A stretch of DNA of 64,000 nucleotides, taken from assembly GCA_010093995.1 (NCBI GenBank), contig ML992504.1, positions 1,392,885-1,456,884 of the forward strand, read 5' to 3'. A program made the translations under genes and the position numbers. The first letter of the stretch is position 1. Each line of letters opens with the position of its first letter. The notes under the pieces were generated by a model, which was not told the DNA's origin, made no database searches, and saw only the letters and a program-made list of their open reading frames with translations. This document shows positions 60,115-64,000 of the stretch, piece after piece. The stretch is from Elsinoe ampelina (Eukaryota).

Positions 60115-61594
60115 ATGGCGGCATCCGTGGAGCAGAGCCCGTACTTCGCCGACCGCATCAAGCGGGGTGATCCTGTTGTGAGAGGTAAGTGATGGTCATC
60201 TTACGGGTATATCGGGCGACTGACAGGAAGTAGATTTACCCAAATTCGACCTCGACAGCTACATCGCAAACTACGAAGGTCAGACCCGCCTCGCGCGCCT
60301 GCGCTACATCGCCTGCCTCTGTCCTCAGCTGTCCCTGGAAGCGCTACATATCGCCATCCCAGAAGCCACCACATCCAAGAACCCAGCGCTGTATGAAGAT
60401 CTTACCGCTCTACTCCATGAGCTGAACCCCAAGGACTCTCTTGCCACACCAGACCTCGAATGGATCGAAAGACGAAAGAAGGAGAATCAACGAGAGACTG
60501 AGCGATTGGAGCAAGAGCTCAGAGGGTACAAGAACAATTTGATCAAGGAGAGCATACGCATGGGTCAAGAGGATCTGGCATCCCATTTCCTTGCTACGGC
60601 CGACTTTGACAATGCTCAAAAGGCGTTCCAGAGGATGCGCGAATACTGCACAACCCCCAAGCACGTGGCGGAGATGACCATCAAGCTGATGTATGCGTCT
60701 TTGATCTCTGGCAGCTGGCTCATGGTGCAGTCACACTGCCACAAGGCTAGAGTCTTGTCATTCAAACCCGAAGACAAGGCCAAGTTCGACCCGGCGATAG
60801 AGGCATGTTCAGGTCTCGCCAGCTTGGGCGTCGAGGAGTATGGAAGCGCGGCCAAATCATTCCTTCGTGTTCATCCAAGCTACATCACGGCCGAGCCAAT
60901 TAGCAACATCACCTTTCAGAAGCAAATCATGACTGGGAACGACATTGCAGTCTATGGTGGCCTCACAGCTTTGGCATCCATGGATCGGGAACAGCTCCGT
61001 TCTCAAGTGCTGGAGAATGCTGATTTCCGTACCTTCCTTGAGCTCGAACCACACATCCGTAGGGCAATCTCCAATTTCTGCGAGGCAAAGTATACTGCTT
61101 GTTTGGAAGCATTAGAAGCGTACAGGTCCGACTACCTCCTGGACATCTACCTGGGACCTCGACTCAACGATCTGTACAGCAAGATCCGCTCAAAGAGTAT
61201 CATCCAGTATTTCGTGCCCTTCTCGCACGTGCGTATCGTGGATCTTGCTGCAGCATTTCCTCTGAGAGGTCAAAGAGCGCCCACTGGACCAGCTGCCACA
61301 AGAGCCATGGAGGAGGAGCTAGTAGACATGATACACAGTGGTTCGCTGGAGGCCCGAATCGACGTTGTGGATGGGCTGCTCCTCGCACCACCACGAGATA
61401 CCCGTGCAGAGACACAAGAAAGCGTACTGGAGACAGCAGCAGAGGTCGAGCATGCGCTGAGGCTTAAGCTGCACCGCCTTAACATGCAACAAGCCGGACT
61501 GGAGCTGGCAAACGCAAAGGGCGGAAAGGGCATGAAGATGTCGTCAGGTACATTTGATGGACCGGACTTGGGGACGCCGATGAGTAATGCGTAG
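60115..61594 (+). CDS. CSN1: COP9 signalosome subunit 1 (PCI domain)
   Basis: Intron 60185-60233. Motifs KFDLDSYIANYEG, LRGYKNNLIKESIRMG, RMREYCT, FRTFLELEP, ARIDVVDG. Confidence 0.94.
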
Positions 61595-61888
61595 ACTGCG
61601 AGGACTGCTGCAAGTCTGCGGCGACGATGCATGTTCAAAGGTGGAGCGGGCGAAATTTCATAATGCAAAGCATAGCTACGGAGTTGAGGAAAGGCATAGA
61701 GCATGTATAGGATTGCTCAGACATGATGATACAGAGACGATTCAATGAGAGCGCCAATAGCGCTGATGTTCAGATCAATAATATCTGTGTCTACTTTGTT
61801 CCCAAGCAAATGCTATCCAGCTTTCACATGACTCTCCAATGCTGCTCCGTGTGCTACTTGACGGCCCCAGTAGGTAAGGCCTGTATCC

Positions 61889-62720
61889 TCAAAGCTCATC
61901 ATCGGTCAACCCTTCCACCTCATCACGCTCCTCTTCCTCGGCCTCCTCCTTCTCCACCATCTCTCCTTCGCCGTACTTTCCCTCCAGCATCTCCTCCTCG
62001 ACATCGTAGAACTCACCATCCCCGCCCCCATTCTCAGCCAACAATCCCTCCCTCTCGACCTCGACCGCCACCTCTTCGTCCACTCCCATCTTCCCTTTCG
62101 CACCAAACCCCAAGTCAACACCACTATCACTCCCCTCCTTCCCCTTCAAGCTCCCCTCCAAATCCCCGCCTCCCTCCTCTCCCTTCTCCTCGTCCCGTGT
62201 CTCTCCTTCATCCTCATCCCCCATACCCCCTGCTCCATCCTCCTCCTCCCTTTCAACAACCTCCGCACCATACCTCCCCAACCCCTCCCCCCCACCAACC
62301 ATCTCCCACCCCTCCTCGCCCCCAGGAAAATCCTTCGGTCCCCACCCCTCCCCTGGGCGGTAGAGCATCAACACCTCCAGCACGACGAGGTCGATGCGCG
62401 TCTGCACTGCCGGGAAAGCTTCGCTGTAGAGGCTTGCTTTTGCGGAGATGGAGGCGGCGAGGGAGAGGAGGGTTGTGCCTGGGAGGGGACGGGCGGCAGA
62501 GCCGGGGAGGGCGGAGGGGGAGGGGGAGGTGGCGAGGGAGGTGAGGAAGGAGCGAAGGCGGGAGGGGAGGTGGGTGGGGGTGTAGATCTTGGATAATCTG
62601 GGGGGGGATGTGAGTGGCTGGATTCTTGGGGGGGCAGAGGGGGACGTACTGTGTCTCGCCTGTCTCGGAGGCGACGTGGGATTCGAATTCTGCGGTGGTG
62701 GGCATGGTGCTGGGTGCCAT
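61889..62720 (-). CDS. Hypothetical protein with acidic Gly/Glu-rich C-terminus
   Basis: ATG at 62720 (MAPSTMPTTAEFESHVASETGET). A GTACGT...CCAG intron at about 62649-62598 joins in frame to LSKIYTPTHLPSRLRSFL. Confidence 0.6.
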
Positions 62721-63184
62721 GGTGGTGTGTGGTTGTTGGGGTTGGTGATGTGAAGTGTGAGATGGGGGGGAAGGTGGGAAGGAGGACGTGGCAGAAGAAA
62801 TATGGAAGAAGGAAAAAGAGAGACTCCCGCTACTGGTGGAGATGTGAGTCGGCAACATGCAGTCAAAAGCGGGAGACAGGCGTGGGCAGCTCGTGGCGTG
62901 CACGAGGTCGTGGTGATGCATGTGAAAGTGCTTGTTTCGAAAAGAACTTTGGGTTTCGAAGCGGGCTTTTGACACGGCCTTTCTTCCGTATAAGTTCGCG
63001 AGAGTCTGATTCATATGATCCGGTTTGGAAAATAATATCAATATTAATGGGTATTTGGATGTCGCTGAGGGATAAGTTGATGCAGCCAACTTGACCGGAT
63101 CGAAGGAAGCATAAGGCCTGGAGCTTGTCAACACATCCTGTCGTTCTGAGCGTGATCTTCTCCCATATCCAGGAAGCTTAAAGA

Positions 63185-63818
63185 TCAAGAGTCACTTCGA
63201 GCACTCTGCCGGCCGGAAGCAGTCATGATCCTTTCGTCCCCAATCCTGGCCATGAATTTGACCTCTCGTCGACAGATTCTCCACTGACCGCCACCTTCAC
63301 CTTCGTACTCGTCTTCGTCAGCCACCTTGATCAGCTCGTCGATGTATTTCCCGTAAGTAGTCAGTGTCCGTCCTACCCACTCTCCTTTGCCGAAGTGGGT
63401 AGCGGTGAAGTAGGTCATGACGGACGCACTGGTAGGTCCTTTCCCACCTGACTTCTTCTTCGTCGTGGGCTGAGAGGGGGGAAAGTTGATATGTTGAGTA
63501 GTCAAGGCATGTTGACTGGTGGCAGGGGCGAGTCTATGGTCATGTCAGTTGCATCTTTGTATCATCGTTTGCCACTTGCCTTCGACCAATCCGATTGGAA
63601 AGCTCAGGAATGCCGCGCATCGAGGCGAAAGGATAGAATGCCTCGACATCTTCGGTGAAGACCTCATGAAGCAGATCAAAGTCCTTCGTGTCAAGAGCAA
63701 CACAATACAGACTCAGAGTATTCTTGATGGCCAGATAGTCCAGAAAGTCCGGAGCCAGGCCGTTCGACGATCCGGACGAGGATTTGGAGAACAAGCTAGA
63801 AGGCTTGAGGCTATTCAT
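63185..63818 (-). CDS. SnoaL-like (NTF2-fold) protein
   Basis: IKNTLSLYCVALDTKDFDLLHEVFTEDV...SQHALTTQHI...TYFTATHFG...YGKYIDEL...WRICRR. GC-AG intron at 63579-63534. Confidence 0.85.
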
Positions 63819-64000
63819 GGGGACTTGCTTGTTCCATGCAGCATCTCCTGACGCTGAGTCTGTGCTGAGAAGAAGAAAAGACTTTTCCCGTCCATGTCGC
63901 AGGATGATGCTGGTCTTGGGACGTCGTTTGCCGGGACTTGTTTGTGGCTTGTTCAACCGGCGGGGAAGGCCGCAGCAAAATGGGATCACCGCTGCATCAC

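Noticed and set aside
1..64000. Transposons, CRISPR arrays, secondary-metabolite cluster
   Set aside because: No transposase or RT ORF, terminal repeats, repeat-spacer array, RIP-like AT-rich block or PKS/NRPS gene seen.

Overview
Gene-dense (~26 protein genes) filamentous ascomycete DNA (Pezizomycotina, Dothideomycete-like by my reading) with short ~50-nt GT-AG introns. It carries ordinary housekeeping genes: xylulokinase, Osh4/Kes1, RTA1-family, PP1, an RFC subunit, GH47, RidA, Tcd1/2, L-type lectin, Tim13, an Spt23/Mga2-like factor, Pho85, Afi1/MesA, separase, GH27 and CSN1. I saw no transposon or CRISPR. The standout is at 4322-4579 (minus strand), in the gap after xylulokinase: a complete 72-nt tRNA-Arg(ACG) cloverleaf split into five pieces by three spliceosomal-type introns (GT donor, CTAAY branch point, CAG acceptor; 51, 48 and 50 nt) plus one canonical 37/38 tRNA intron. 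It keeps Pol III signals (upstream TATA-like tract, A box, B box, T8 terminator). A second window-wide signal is about 11 symmetric C-rich to G-rich skew-switch domains that ignore gene orientation. All exon and intron coordinates were read by eye.
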